A stretch of DNA of 64,000 nucleotides from the human T2T-CHM13v2.0 reference genome, Homo sapiens: assembly GCF_009914755.1 (NCBI RefSeq), contig NC_060941.1. One strand, 5' to 3'. Below, piece by piece: positions 26,666-40,899 of this stretch. Both the position numbers and the translations under genes were made by a program. How positions within the stretch are numbered: the first letter of the stretch is position 1; each line of letters starts with the position of its first letter. The notes beneath the pieces are model-generated. The model did not search any database, was not told the origin of the DNA, and saw only the letters and a program-made list of their open reading frames with translations.

Positions 26666-27045
26666 TGCTGTGTTCTGAATGTTTGTGCCCCTGCCCCCAT
26701 CCACTTCTCAAAATTCATATGTTGACATTCTAATTCCCAAGGTGATGGTATTAGGGGGAGGGGTCTTTGGTTGGTGATCAGGTAATGAAGGTGGAGCTCT
26801 CATAATGGGATTGGTGCCCTTATAAAATACTCCCATGGGACTTCATTCACCTCTTCTACCACATGGGGACACAGTAAGAAGGTGCCATCTATGAACAAGG
26901 ATGCAGGCCTTCACCAGACACTGAATTTGCCAGCATCTTGGTCTTGGACTTTCCAGCCTTTATAATTGTGAGGAATAAATTTCTGTCATTTATATACCAC
27001 TCAATGTATGGCATTTTGTTATAGCAGCCTGAACAAACTAAGACA
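26666..27045 (+). mobile_element. MLT1A/MLT1A0 solo LTR
   Basis: tgctgtgttctgaatgtttgtgccc...gcagcctgaacaaactaagaca; TSD attat/gttat. Confidence 0.88.
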
Positions 27046-27489
27046 GTTATCAACACGAAACTCCACTATCTTGTTGGGGGGTTGGGGGTGGAAATGAGCC
27101 ATTGGAGGAGCTCAGATGGATATTACAAGTGCTGTCTCTTACCCAAAAGAGTTCAGCTCTCCAGGAAGACACGAGAAAGAAGGTTGGAAAGTTGGACTTA
27201 GCTTCATCTCTTCAGAAGTCAGGGACTCCTGACTACCATCATGAAGGAACATTTCATCACTCTCTTCAGAGGACAGGCCACTGTAACTGGTTCTAGGAGT
27301 CACAGTAAGACATCAAACCTTCCTTCACATAGTTTATAGGCTGTTCTGCCTGGCAGGATGTACATGCATCAAATGGGAGAACCCAATAAACAAATGAGCT
27401 GAACAGCCTTCCCAGGAAAAAAACAAAGCCCTCAGATATGTGACCCACTGCACTCAGGCCCCATGTGGCCAGAAGAACCATAAAGTACC

Positions 27490-27725
27490 ATATATAGTAG
27501 CACAGGCACTGGAGACATGTCAAGATGTGGATGTGAATCCAGCTTTATCACATATAAGCTTCATGATCTCCACAATACTCAGTTGCTCAGTTTTTCCATT
27601 CTTGAAATGGAAATAAAATCTCATTGGGCACATGGAGGCCTGAAAGAGATGATGTATGTTGTAAAGGTCCTCTCACAGTGCTTCATGCATCGTACACCCG
27701 CAATAAATAGTAACTTTCATTATCA
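27490..27725 (+). mobile_element. MIR
   Basis: 'ctcagtttttccattcttgaaatggaaataaaa...gatgatgtatgttgtaaag...caataaatagta'. Confidence 0.7.
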
Positions 27726-27765
27726 TCAACCTTACCCAATAAATTGCTGAATGTTATAAATTAGC

Positions 27766-27882
27766 CTAGTGATTCTCAAAGCTGAATATGCAATAGAATC
27801 ACCTAGAGCTATATTTTCAATAATCTTCATGGACTCTACCCAAGACCAGCTGCATCAAATGACTCAAATTACTGAGGATGGA

Positions 27883-27929
<47 letters not shown>

Positions 27930-28018
27930 TGCATGTGTCTGCAGGCGTTAAGCTTTCCAGATGATTCTGATACATGATTCTGATATAGCTCATGTCTGGA
28001 CTAGAATTTGAGACCCGG
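27766..28018. mobile_element. MER5-like MITE containing a (TG)n microsatellite (27884-27925)
   Basis: 'tagtgattctcaaagctgaatatgcaatagaatcacctagag...tttccagatgattctgat...tttgagacc'. Confidence 0.7.
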
Positions 28019-28725
28019 TGTGCATAACTGGAGACAACCTACATATGCAAATGTAGTTACCACCAATCAGAAGCCACAGTCACATACCCAGCATGATCTA
28101 AGAGAATAAGGAGAGCAGAGAAGCAGAAAGAAGACACAGAGTCAACACATGGTGACCATCTCAAAACCAATCTAACCTATGTCAACTGAAGATGTTATTT
28201 ATTAAGGCCCTTCTAAGCACAGTCTACAAATAATTTGCAAATCTCTCATTATTAAAGGGCTTAGCTGAAAGTGCTAAAACTACATAGCTAACACATGCAG
28301 GGAAATAAAAGATTCCTTTAGTAAATTTAGGCTACATAACAATTTAACTTTCTTTCCCACATTCTTTTTTCTTTCAGGAATGACTCTCTATCGGCACTCA
28401 TTTTTAAAAATTACATAGCCTACGTTTGCCACCTACATTGAAAGAATCATTCCAGGAGTGACTTTTTATCAAATTTAGCAGTGTACTGTGTAAACCAGAA
28501 ACCATGTTGTAGAAGGTAGAATAGAGAAATGGCTACTGGTGTGATCTTAGAAACTGGGAAAGGCTTTCCCGACCCCCTTTTCTTTGTTTTCTAATGAAAA
28601 AAATGCCTTCAAAGAATTAATATTTTGTGCTGTGCTTTTCAATTCTAGCCATGTACTGTTATCTCCTAGGGAATCTTAAAAAATTCTGAACTCCAGCTTC
28701 AGATTTTCTGATTCAGTTTAGTTAG

Positions 28726-29041
<316 letters not shown>

Positions 29042-29230
29042 AATTATTGATATTTTTAAACTCCTTGGAAGACTCCAATATACAGGCAAAATTTACAATG
29101 ACTGCTTCAATGAAAATTTCAAACCCTGTTAAGAACAACACCATATTCTCTCACATTGAGAGAATATTTTAAGCTATTAACAGCTTCTTAGGCACTAGTA
29201 TTTCCAACAGTTTCTTCTGTGAGGTACTAA

Positions 29231-29388
29231 AGGGTTGCCAGAGAAAATATAAGACGCCTGGTTAAATTTAACTTTCATATAAACAACAATTGTGGGACAT
29301 ACTTACACCAAAACACTATTCATGATCAGAAATGCAAATTTATCCGTATGCTCTGTGTTTTTATTTGCTGTATCTGACAGACAACCCT
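29231..29388. mobile_element. MER53 (hAT MITE)
   Basis: agggttgccaga...gacaaccct inverted termini; central 'tgggacatactta'. Confidence 0.8.
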
Positions 29389-29847
29389 ACAGTAAGGGCA
29401 TCGGGAAAACTGGACAGAATCTTCTAGTATAATTGGAAAAAGAAAGAAACTGTGGACATCTGTTGGTTTTTCTTGGCATTCTTCTCTCATTCCACACATT
29501 AATTTTCTTCAAGGAACACCCCTTCCCTCCTCAGTCTACGTGGTTCCAGTGGACACATAGTCTAGACCTGCCAAGCGAATCAGTCCTTCTCCCTGGACAC
29601 AGTGATCAGCATAGGCGTGATGGGCGCTTAAACCGGCCAAACCAAACAGACACCATTCCAGAACTTTTTTATGTAACTGTGGGGCAAGAGGTACTCTTTC
29701 TACAAAGGTAGCTGAGAAGATAGACTATAAACCAGAAGCTACTGGGGGTCTCCTTACCATCATGTATGAAGGGCCTCTCTGCATAAAGCCAATAAGAAAG
29801 AGCAGAGCTGGGAAATGAAGAGAGTCCAAGCCCTAATGGGCCCATAA

Positions 29848-30535
29848 AGGAAAATTGGATATCCACATGCAGAGGAATGAAACTAGATCCTTATCTTACA
29901 CTGTATACAAAAATCAACTCAAAATGAGTTACAGACTTAAACATAAGACCTGACACTGTACACCTACTAAAAGAAAACCGGGAGAAAGCCCTATGACACT
30001 GGCCTAGGGCCTAGGCAATGATTTTTTTTTTTTTTTTTTTTTTTTTTGGAGACAGAGGCTTGCTCTGTCACACAGGCTGGAGTGCAGTGGGGTGATCATG
30101 GCTCACATCACATGGCAACCTCCGCCTCCCAGGGTAAAGCAATCCTCTCACCTCAGCCTCCCAAGTAGCTGGGATTACGAGCATGTGCCACCACACTTGG
30201 CCGATTTTTGTATTTTTAGTAGAGACACGGTTTCACCATGTTGATCAGGCTGGTCTCAAACTCCTGACCTCAAAAGATCCACTCACTTCAGCCTCCCAAA
30301 GTGCTGGATTACAGGTGTGAGCCACCATGCCTGGCCAGCAATGATTTTTTTAATATGATCCCAAAAGCACAAGCAACAAAAGCAAAAATAGCTAAGTGGG
30401 ATTCCATCAAACAATACAGAGTGAAGACATAATCTATGAAAGGTGAAAATAGTTGCAAACCATACATCTGATAAGAGGATAATATTAAAAATATATAAGG
30501 AATTCAAACAATAGGAAGAAAACCAATAATTCAAC
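29848..30535 (+). mobile_element. L1M ORF2 3' fragment containing an Alu
   Basis: 'ggaaaattggatatccacatgcagaggaatgaaactagatccttatcttacactgtatacaaaaatcaactcaaaatg'. Confidence 0.85.
30022..30336 (-). mobile_element. Alu (J/early S)
   Basis: Full dimer; TSD gcaatgattttt. Confidence 0.92.
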
Positions 30536-30799
30536 TAATGAGCCTGTGGATCCAGCCATACCTGAAAATCTGTATCTTGCACTTTTTGTGATGCCAGTCA
30601 ACTATCTTATTTTCTAGCTTATACCAATTTGAGTTAGTTTTCTGCCATTAACCCCCAAAAGAGTCCTGAATAATACATATAATGTTACAGATTGAAAAGC
30701 TGGAATCCCAAGATAAGGTTTCAACCTATAAATGACTATGTTTTTTTAAGCCTATGAAATGGTTCTTCCACATGAACCAGTGTTTAACTCCCCTAATAA

Positions 30800-30992
30800 C
30801 TTTCACTGACCCCCACTGTTCCTAATTCACTATTTCATCCTCTGTACCCCTCATAGCTTCTACTTTCTGTCATGTCATATCTCACACGTTATAGCTATTT
30901 ATACCCGTAGCCTCCCCCAGATGGTTTCCTGATCATTGTATTCCTAGCTGGAGTCTGACACATAATAGGTACTGAATAAATGTTGCTTAAAT
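30800..30992 (+). mobile_element. L2 3' end
   Basis: 'gtctgacacataataggtactgaataaatgttgcttaaat'. Confidence 0.65.
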
Positions 30993-32559
30993 TAAAGCAA
31001 CTGTATAGGCAGGCTGTGATGATGATGCCTTGGAAAGCTAAGTTGAGCCACAGGTTGAAGCTATTCCAGAAGTGAGGGAAGGTGGCAGAGGAGAGAGCTG
31101 ACCCCAGTTGCACAGAACTATTGCTTCCGTCAACCATCCCTGCATGTGTGGAACAGGACCTAAGCTTTGGGCTTTGTGTTTAATCTAACCTCCAGTGTCA
31201 TCAGATTTTTTTTTTACCAAATGTATTTGAACCACATACGCTATTCAGTTTACAATTACATTCTAGAATTCAGTGGCCAATAGTCATTTCCAGGTAACCT
31301 GAACAAAAATGGAATCAAAGTTAGATAATTAGCTTTTTCCCCGTGGAAATGGTCCCTAGTTACTGAGGTCCACTATGTGAAGAAACACAAAGGGATGTAT
31401 TACGCAGATGACACATGATAGGGTGGAATCTAATATTGAATGGTTTGAAGTACTTGGCAACCCTAAAAGGATAAAATATCACTCAGAGTACAAAATTCTC
31501 CTGCTTACATGAAGGATCAAGTAGTCCTGGATTTCCTATCAGCTAATTGCAGGATCCCAAGTCCGTTTTTATAGCTGTGCTTGCAATGGCAAAAATAAAA
31601 GGCATGCTGAAGAGTAGTGAATGAGTGAATGATGTGATTTTTTTTTTTTAGCTTCGCATTCAGATTGGATGCCATGAGGACACAGTCTCCTAAAAGCATG
31701 ACATCTGACTTGCTGTCTCAATGTGCATCTTTGTAGACTGGCACAGAAATTCCATTTGAACTCCCTTGTGTTTTTTATAACTATAATGAAAATCATTTTC
31801 CCTCTCAAATTAAACTCATTACAAGCTCTGCACACCCTGTGGGGGGCCTCAACCTTGGCCACTAAGAATTCTACACTATCAGGACCTATGGAAGTACTTC
31901 CGGTACCCAACCTGACTGTTGATCTAGCAAAACTGACTGGTACTTCTTAAAGTCATCAATTAACAGTAAGTGAAGCCTTAATCCAGCAGGAACCTCTCAC
32001 TCTCAGGCTAATCAACACTTTGAAGTGGCAAGGTGTGCCATGGAGCTCATGTTCAGAGGATTCCCTTTGAATGAGTAGCCTCTCATCTTGGGGTGACATT
32101 ACAGGCAGTGTCAGCCCCTGTCTGAGGATCTTGACTAGAATCTGCCATCACAGGAGCTCCAAGACGAAAAGTCTCCATGTTCCCCTTTAGAACTGCCCAT
32201 CATCCATTTTCTCTGGGAGATTTGCTTGCTAGTTAGTAAAACCATCCGGAGCAGCCGTGACAGGGATAATTACAGAGGAAGACAGCTCCTCACACAATTG
32301 TTTTAAATAAAGAATGGGAGGAAAGCATGGGGAACAAAGAATGCTCCAAAGGTTTGACTTCAAATAGCATTAAAGGAGGACAATTTTAATTTCCTGCATG
32401 AGTTTATTAGTATCCATCTCCTGACCTAAAGGAGTTATCAGGATAAGAGAAATTCCTGGGAGCTAGCCACATCTGACTGCTACAATACCATAGATCCTGG
32501 ACAGATTCCAGGGAACCTGAAGATCTAGTGGAGGAGAGCATATGTCCCCTTTCTTCACA

Positions 32560-33050
32560 GAATCAAAGGATCTGAAGTGCCGGGAGCACTTTTAAGTCCA
32601 CACCAGGCAACCTTCCACCCAACGCAACATCGCTTGTCACTTGGTCTTGCTTTGAGTATTTCCAATGATGGGGAACTGTCTGCTTTTTAAGGGAGCGTGA
32701 TCTTTCTAAAAAACAGTTCAAGCCAGGCACAGTGGCTCATACCTATAATCCTAGCAATTTGAAAGGCCATGACAGGAGGATTGCTTGAGGCCAGGAGTTC
32801 AAGGCTTCAGTGAGCTATGATAGTAGCACTGCACTTCAGCCTGGGTGACAGAGCAAGAACCTAAAAAATAAATTAATCAATAAAAATTTAAAAATACACA
32901 GTTCAGTTTGCTGAAAAGTTCTTTTTAGGAGACTAAATAAAATCTGTTTCCTAGTAACTTTCAAATATTTGTCCTGGTTTTACCACCTGGAATAACATAG
33001 CGCTAATTTAACTCCTCCTTCAGATAGTCATCCTTTGACCAGACAGCGTT
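32560..33050 (-). mobile_element. L3/CR1 LINE remnant interrupted by an Alu monomer
   Basis: 'tccaatgatggggaact', 'aaagttcttt...aaatctgtttcctagtaacttt...gtcctggttttacc'. Confidence 0.5.
32721..32890 (+). mobile_element. FLAM / free Alu monomer
   Basis: Single Alu arm with A-rich tail; flanking repeat acagttca. Confidence 0.85.
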
Positions 33051-33381
33051 ACCATGTCATGAATATCTCCAAGTGTTCCTTATATGGGTTAGTTTTCAGT
33101 TCTACATCATGCTAACTCACTGCTTCAGTCTCTCCAATGTTACTAGTGCTTTTAGAAACTCTGGCAAGCATCTTTAAAAAGCAAGAGGGGTTTTTCCCTG
33201 TATCTGCCCAACCTAGTTCCTTAACCCTGGGAGGAGTGCTGCTTGAAGCCACACACCCCAGTGGCTCAGTGAGCATCATACATGTTATTTATAAAGTGAA
33301 CATCATATAGTTATTTATACAGTGAACATCATACTATCAATTGTGTAGTACAAATATTGTAATTGTAAAGTACAATGACTG

Positions 33382-33708
<327 letters not shown>

Positions 33709-35049
33709 TCAATAAACTTTCCTAAGGTGGCAGGGGGTGTTGTGGAAGAGTTAAAAGAAACAGCAAGAAATAACCCAGGAGACCCTTGGTTATTACTTCT
33801 TTGAGGCCAACAAAAAATAATCCATTTGGTTGGCAAATTAGCATTTATTGGAGAATAACTGCTGAGAAAATAGAAATAATTTGGCAGCATGCTGGTCGCA
33901 GTTGGCTATTCTTGGGAATTCTGCTGTTTCCCAGAATAATACAAAAGTAATCTGGGACTGTCCAAGACACAAGGACTCTCAAGCAGGACAGTGAATTTGT
34001 AGTATTCTCTTTTCATGGTGTGTAGCATCACAAATGATGCTCTCACATAAACCCGTGGGTGGCCCTCAAATGTCCATGTGTGTTTCTTTGCTGGTAACAT
34101 GACTCGGGGGCATTCTGTGGCTGCGTTTCCATGTCCTATGGGCTCCACCCTTTTAAACTGAATTGATTCACCCTTGAGGTTAAAAATCAGTCAAACAAGT
34201 GTTGACATGGTCTTTGAGTCTCTTTCCTGCAAAGACTAATCTAACCAGCTAGACTGCCATTGATTCCCCCCTCCCTTTGCCAATATTGACAATGGAGGGC
34301 AAACAGCATCTCAGGAATAGATCTGTCCATTTGCCTGGGCCCGGAGCCCCAGGTCAGCAATGTTAAAGCCCAACACACCAGCAAAGGTTAAAAGATAAGC
34401 CCCCAGTGTATTGAGCTGTGTTTGTTGTTTTGACAAAGTAGAGAGTTTAAGGACATAGAAGGCAGTTCATTTCTCCTGTCAGTGTCACTGCAGAAGATGG
34501 ATGTTTTTTGGGAACAGGAGCCAGAGAGCCAAGAACCTTGGCATAAGGCCAAACCGTATTGTCCACATCAGTGATTAAGGGAATCAATCCCTAGTACTCA
34601 TGCTGCTGAGCTGACTTATAAGAGGCTGCAATCAGAAATCCAGAGCCACAGGGTGGCTGGCCTGGGCCTGGTCTCCATCAAGTACTAAAGTCAGCTGTTC
34701 TGAGATTCTTCCAAACAGAAGGCCAGGTGACCAGCGAGGCTGTGGCCCAGCAGAACCTATGTCTTGGGTTTACAATGATGGAGTGAATCAGGGCTCTCTC
34801 ACTGTTTTCTGCCCTGTAAGTGATCTGTTTCACAGCATCCCTATGAGAAATGGGCGTGGACACAGTGCTGCCCTGTAGACTCACACTGGATAAGTCACAG
34901 CAAGTTCTTCTTGAGGATGTCATTTATTTCCTTACACTGTGTTGATTTTGTGCCGAACACTAGCTTTAAACAATATCGTAGTTTCCAGATTAGGAGGAGA
35001 ATGAGTGCAAGGCTTTCAGATAGATATTTAACAGTACTTGAATGTTTTC

Positions 35050-35252
35050 TATATATTCTCTCTATATAATATATACACATATATATATAAACAGACATGT
35101 TGTGTATAATGTATAACATATGTTATATATACATAACATGATATGTATATGTAAACACAGATATACAACATATATACACATATATACACACATACACATA
35201 CATACATATGCATGTTTTATTATTATAGTACATATATAATATTTTATATATT
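35050..35252. repeat. (TA)/(CATA)n low-complexity tract
   Basis: Directly visible. Confidence 0.9.
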
Positions 35253-37075
35253 TGTAGTAGTATCTTCCAGACTTCATTTTATATTAAAGTAATTCACAAA
35301 TGTCATTCTCTTTCCTATTTATTATCAGTGCCTCAGGGGCAGGGGCCATGAATACCCCCAGGGCATTCTAGGATGGTTTCTTATACATTGTAGGCATTCC
35401 ATCAGTATTAGTTCAATTGTTATTTCAGTTAGATGGGTCTATACCTGCTACTGCTCTGTGCTGTCTCTTTATAAAGCCATTTGCTACACCCGATTTCCTG
35501 CCCATTGTCTGGGTAAGCCTATTTGTCTTTCTTATCCCATCTTTTCCATCCTTTTTTCCTAGAGAGGAGGCCAATTTTGTTCTTTCGCCTATCATCCCCT
35601 TCCCACAAAGAGGGAACTTGAAGCTACCTCTTGTTGCAGCGTTTACTCCGTAACTCCAGAAAATTACTTAAAGCATCATCAGCTAAATACTGTCCTTTGA
35701 GGGTTGAAAGTGGTCATTTGGTTTTATGAACAAGGGATGCAACTTGCTTACTTCTCTTCCTAGAACTTTAAACAGTAGAGATTAACTGATAGCTCATTGT
35801 AGTTTTCATACAGGCTTAGCAGACTTGCAATTTTGTAACCAAATGTGCATCTTCTTCACTAAAATATTCATCACTGTACTTAGTTTCCACTTTTTGCCAA
35901 TTTGGTTTATATCTCTCATTTGTCATGACTAATAAAGAAGAAATGCCCTCTTCTGCTATCTCTGCCTCCTCCTCTAGTTATTGCTGCTAGAGGAATAACA
36001 GCTAGAGGAATGCAATGACATGTATCCAGTAAACATTGTCTCTTAGAGTAATTCACCAAGGAGGCCTTCCTCCATGAAATTAATCTCTTGAAAAATACTG
36101 ACAATTTACACTTTGAGTCTCTAAATCATTTTGCCTACTAGCATTTTGAAATGCTTAACTGATATATGTAGAATGCCCTGCATTAGTATATACTAAATAA
36201 TTATTTATTGACTTAATAAATAAAAAACCTATTTTAAGGATCCTTTACCATCCAATCCAAGCCCTTCTGACACCCACCACTTTGTTAATGCTTCTTCTTT
36301 CTACTAGACTAGACAGCCCCTGTGGGTGTCTTTTTAAAAACACTGTAATTAGATATTTGCTTGTTTATTAATTTGACAAATATTTAATTACTATTCTGGA
36401 TGGCACTTAGTAGACACACAATGAACAAATAATTTGTTGAATGAATTAATGGAAGAGTAGTGAGAGATCTAAATACCATGTCCTATAAGAGACATTTGAC
36501 ACCACAGCAAGATTTCAACCCAGAAAGAGAGGCTCTTAGAAGCCTTAGAGGCTCTGAGAGGTTTTCAGACACCTGTCTAAAAATATTTGAAGGATTGTCA
36601 CGGATCTTGTCTTTTTAAAGTTTGATATGTTTTTTATCTTTTTTTACTAGTTTGCTTTTTTAAATACTTCATTAAAATATTATTTAACTTGATTAATAAG
36701 CTTTTTGGCATCGCTTTGAATTCTGTCCATAAGGTAGGTGCCCCAGTAACCTCACTTAAGACTGAGCCCCACATGTGATATTTACTCTACGGGCTCAGTA
36801 ATTTCCCATCTCCACATATTCAAATCATGCATCTTTCGAAGCTCATATTAGGGTTTTGAGGGAAGGGTGTGTGAAGACTGTTAGTTGGCACTTGGATCGG
36901 GGAACCTGGTATATTCAAATGACTTCTTTATCACAGAGGCTCAACAGGGAATATGCAAAGGGAACAATGACAGATCAGATTGGAACTCAAAGTCATCACT
37001 TAATTTTGATCTTGTGGCAAAAAATATTGGAACACTGGTGCAGATCCAAGCCCTAAGGAAGACTTGGCTATAGAC

Positions 37076-37458
37076 TGTGATGGTTAATACTGAGTGTCAA
37101 CTTGATTGGATTGAAGGATGCAAAGTATTGATCCTGGGTGTGTCTGTGAGGGTGTTGCCAAAGGAGACTAACATTTGAGTCAGTGCGCTGGGAAAGTCAG
37201 ACCCACCCTTAATCTGAGTGGGCACCATCTAATCAGCTGCCAGCATGGCTAGAATATAAAGCGGGCAGAAAAATGTGAAAAGACTAGACTTGCCTAGCCT
37301 CCCAGCCAACATCTTTCTCCCATGCTGGATGCTTCCTGCCCTCAAACAACAGACTCTAGGTTCTTTAGTTTTGGGATTTGGACTGGCTTTCCTTGCTTCT
37401 CAGCTTACAAACAGCCTATTGTAGGACCCCATGATTGTGTGAGTTAATACTTAATAAA
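37076..37458 (+). mobile_element. MLT2A1-like HERV-L LTR, 3'-truncated after AATAAA
   Basis: tgtgatggttaatactgagtgtcaacttgattggattgaaggatgcaaagtattg... close to recalled MLT2A1 consensus. Confidence 0.88.
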
Positions 37459-37718
37459 TGCCTTGTTCTCTTGGAAAACTTAGTCACAGACATGGACACA
37501 GGGAGAACGCCATGTGAAGAGAACCAGGGAGAAGATGGCCATCTGCAACCCAAGGAGAGTGTCCTGGAACAGATCCTTCCCTCACAGCCCTCAGGAGAGC
37601 TGCCAACACCTTGATCTCAAACATCTAGCCTTCAGAACTGAGAACATAAATTTCTATTTTATAAGCCACCCAGTCTGTGGAATTTTGTTAAGTTATAGCA
37701 GCCCTAGAAAACTAATAT
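37459..37718 (+). mobile_element. MLT1B-like LTR, 3' half
   Basis: 'gagaagatggccatctgcaacccaaggagag...gttatagcagccctagaaaactaata'. Confidence 0.8.
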
Positions 37719-38325
37719 GGACTTTTACTCCACTGTAATACCAAAGTTATATCTTACCACAGTCATTCTAAAACGAGGCTAAAGTAACCAGGATACAAAG
37801 GTCCTTGAGAGGAAGAGACTGGCAAGCAAGATGGCAGCCTCTGACAGGAATTATCCGTTCAGCCTACACATCTATTGGTGATAGGATTGCTGGAGATGAA
37901 AGAGAGTACAGTGCCCAGATCAATAGAAATTTACCTATATGGAAACAGGAAAGGAGAGAGACCACTGCATCATGCATTTGATCTAACTTGATGTTCTTTG
38001 GACCTACCCCCTAGGAAATGTGAGCCATCCATGGCCCAAGGTTTAATCAATTCTGTATACCTCCCCATCCAGAGAAACGAAAAGATGGTGGAGGAAGAAA
38101 AATAGACTTCTTCCTCCCTAAGGCTCAGTTCAAATATTACTTCTGAAAAAAGCTTTAAGTTTTACACTCATCTTCATTCCCAAAGCTGGAAGTAAATTCA
38201 TTAATCTCTAGACTCCCACATCATTTACCAATTTCTTTTTTCCTATGGAACTTAGCACTCTTTTATAACTACCATTTACTGAGCCAGGCAACAGGAGTCA
38301 TTGGATCTTAAAAACAATCCTATGG

Positions 38326-38632
38326 GGCCAGGTGCAGTGGCTCACACTTGTAATTCAAGCACTTTGGGAGGCCGAGGTGGGTGGATCATGAGGTCAGGAG
38401 TTCGAGACCAGCCTGACCAATGTAGTGAAACCCCCGTCTCAATTAAAAATATAAAAATTAGCCAGGTGTGGTGGTACGCGCCTGTAATCCCAGCTACTGA
38501 GTAGGCTGAGGCAGGAGAATCACCAGAACCCAGGAGGTGGAAGGTTGCAGTGAGCGAGATTGTGCCGCTGCACTCCAGCCTGGATGACAGAGCAAGACTC
38601 TGCCTCAAAACAAACAACCAAAAAAAAAAAAA
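38326..38632 (+). mobile_element. AluS (Sg/Sc-like)
   Basis: Full dimer with A-rich tail. Confidence 0.93.
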
Positions 38633-39744
38633 CTCCAACTCTCTGGGTTAAGTATTCCCCCACACCACTGTAATAGGTCTTAAAATAACTTATTTCAACA
38701 AACATGTACAGAGAATCTAGTATGTTTTATCAAATCTGTATACCTGAGGGCCCTAAAAATGCCCTCAAGAAGAGTCAAGGACATTTATGGAGAATGCAGT
38801 AGAGACAGTTTTTTCATTGAAAGTGGTTAGGTTTTCTTACTGTGAAAAAAATTGTAGTAAGATAATTGACTCTGTAATCAGTGACCACAGCATGAAGCCC
38901 TTTCCACACATATTCTGTTCCATCAGGAGACAGGCCAGAAGCTGTGGGCCTCTTGGAAGGAAAGTTTCACTGAGCTGATGCAGGCTTTTGAGTGGCTACA
39001 CTTGGGAACTCATTCATTTCTTCTGTTTAGAAAAATGCTTATAATATTGATGTACTGCTAGTCTGACTGATGACTTAGGGAAATCAACAAAAGGAGGCTC
39101 TCTTCACTCCTCCTCCCACCCTAAGCCCTCCAACCTATACACAGACACTAAGCAGCCACCATATTTTCTCCTTTAAAAGCATTTTTTCCCTTTTTTTAAT
39201 TGAAAGTTTTGCTTGGGGTCTAAAATTTAAATCTACGCTTCCACCTAGAAGAGCTCTTCTGGACTGTCAAATTTATAAGTTCAATGCTAAACTTCCCACA
39301 ACAAAGGGATCACAGCACATTTAGAAAATAGCAAGGGAAATAACACTGAAAAACCTTTCTTTCTCTGTTCTGGTCACTTAAAGAATAGACCAAGAGCAGC
39401 CAGTGTTGTTTAGAAGCACCTATTGGCTGGATTGAGAAGCTATTAATTTAATCCAAGTGTTACATTGGCTAGAAGTTCTTTCTTTAAGATAACATATCCC
39501 TGATGATCAATAATGGCCAGAATTTTCAGTTAGTTTTAAGTTCCTAGGTCTTTACAATAAGATTTAAAAAATCTTCCAGCAAGAAACTCAGTTTTAAGAT
39601 ATGTATCAGTCATGAAAGTAAAACTAAGTGGATTTCTCCATCCCCTCTCTGGGCCTGTTGCCAGAATTAGCCATTTTATTAGAGGACACTTTTCACAATG
39701 CTTTCGGTTGACTTTTTCTTTTTTCAGGGATGAGGGTGTCATGT

Positions 39745-39895
39745 TATAGAGGGGTGAAGGCCAAGATCCTGGATTCAGACTACCCACGTTCAAATCTTGG
39801 CTTTGCCTCTGACTAGCTGTGTGGATTTAAGCATGTTGCTTAACTTCTCCAGGCTTCAGCCTTTCTTCTCTAAACAAAAGTACTAATTATGGCAA
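39745..39895 (+). mobile_element. MIR
   Basis: 'ttcaaatcttggctttgcctctgactagctgtgtgg...gcttaacttctccaggcttcag'. Confidence 0.72.
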
Positions 39896-40899
39896 CTCTC
39901 TCTCTCTCTCTCTTTCTGATTTTCAGTGTGTGTGCACGAGTGTTTGTTACCTTCTGCATGCATAAGTTACCTGGAAAAAACCCCAGAACCCAAGAAGAAA
40001 TGAAAAAATTGAAAACAGAAAGTATAGGTTTTGGTAATAGCTCTTTCCTTCAGCAACCGTGACCTTGTGCCTATCTTTCTGTGCCTTGGTTTACCCTTTT
40101 GGAAAATGGAGAATGGTTGCTAAGTTAGGAGAGGTGTTCCTTACAGTCTCTTCTTCTTCAGAAATATCATAACAAGTTCATATCTGTAAGTGGAATATAA
40201 ATACAATTTTAGGGATTGTGGCTGGGCCTAAATATTAAATACAAGAATAATCTTAGAGCAAGGAAAAAAAAATTAATTCCACGTTTGAAAGACTTCTCTA
40301 AAACCCAAATTTGTATTCATTTAGTAATAAACCAACATTTCCAATATATGTATATTTATCAAAAACTATTTTAATTACCAATTTATCATGATGTATCAAA
40401 TGAAAACTGTATATTATGTTAAAAGCAAAAGACAAAAAAAGCTATTAAAATAAGGCTTTGTCAGCCTGTACAAGACTATAAGGATAAAGGCATAATTTCT
40501 TGACATTTTTTATGTATACAAAGTAGTTCAGAGACCTTACCATCATTTTGGACCTCTCGAGGTTAGGGAACCCCAAGTTGAGAGCCATTTGCTTATAAAA
40601 CCCTGAGTCAGTGCTGAGAAAGCAATAATGGCCTGCCCACAATTGTGTAAGTAATAATGATATTACTAATCATTTACAAGAGCCCACTAGGGATTTTGGA
40701 AATAACCTCAAAGCAATTAACTAATGACCTACCTTTGATTATATCTCCAGCTTTGAAAGCAAAAGGTTAGAGTTCCTATGCCAAACTGATGTGGAGGGAG
40801 TGACAGAGCACGGTGGCCAGCTCTCTTCCTGAATACATCACATAACTCCTACCTGCTTAATCTCCCTTCCGAGTGCACTTCCAGAAGATGGTAATCTTT

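Larger units (their letters stand above)
29460..30678 (+). mobile_element. MLT1K-like LTR split by an L1 fragment (29848-30535)
   Basis: MLT1 motifs on both sides: 'cagtgatcagcatagg', 'tgagcctgtggatccagccatacctgaa...aaagagtcctgaataataca'. Confidence 0.6.

Noticed and set aside
29231-29388. Hairpin as a possible miRNA gene
   Set aside because: The fold-back is inherent to the MER53 MITE; nothing in the sequence supports processing.
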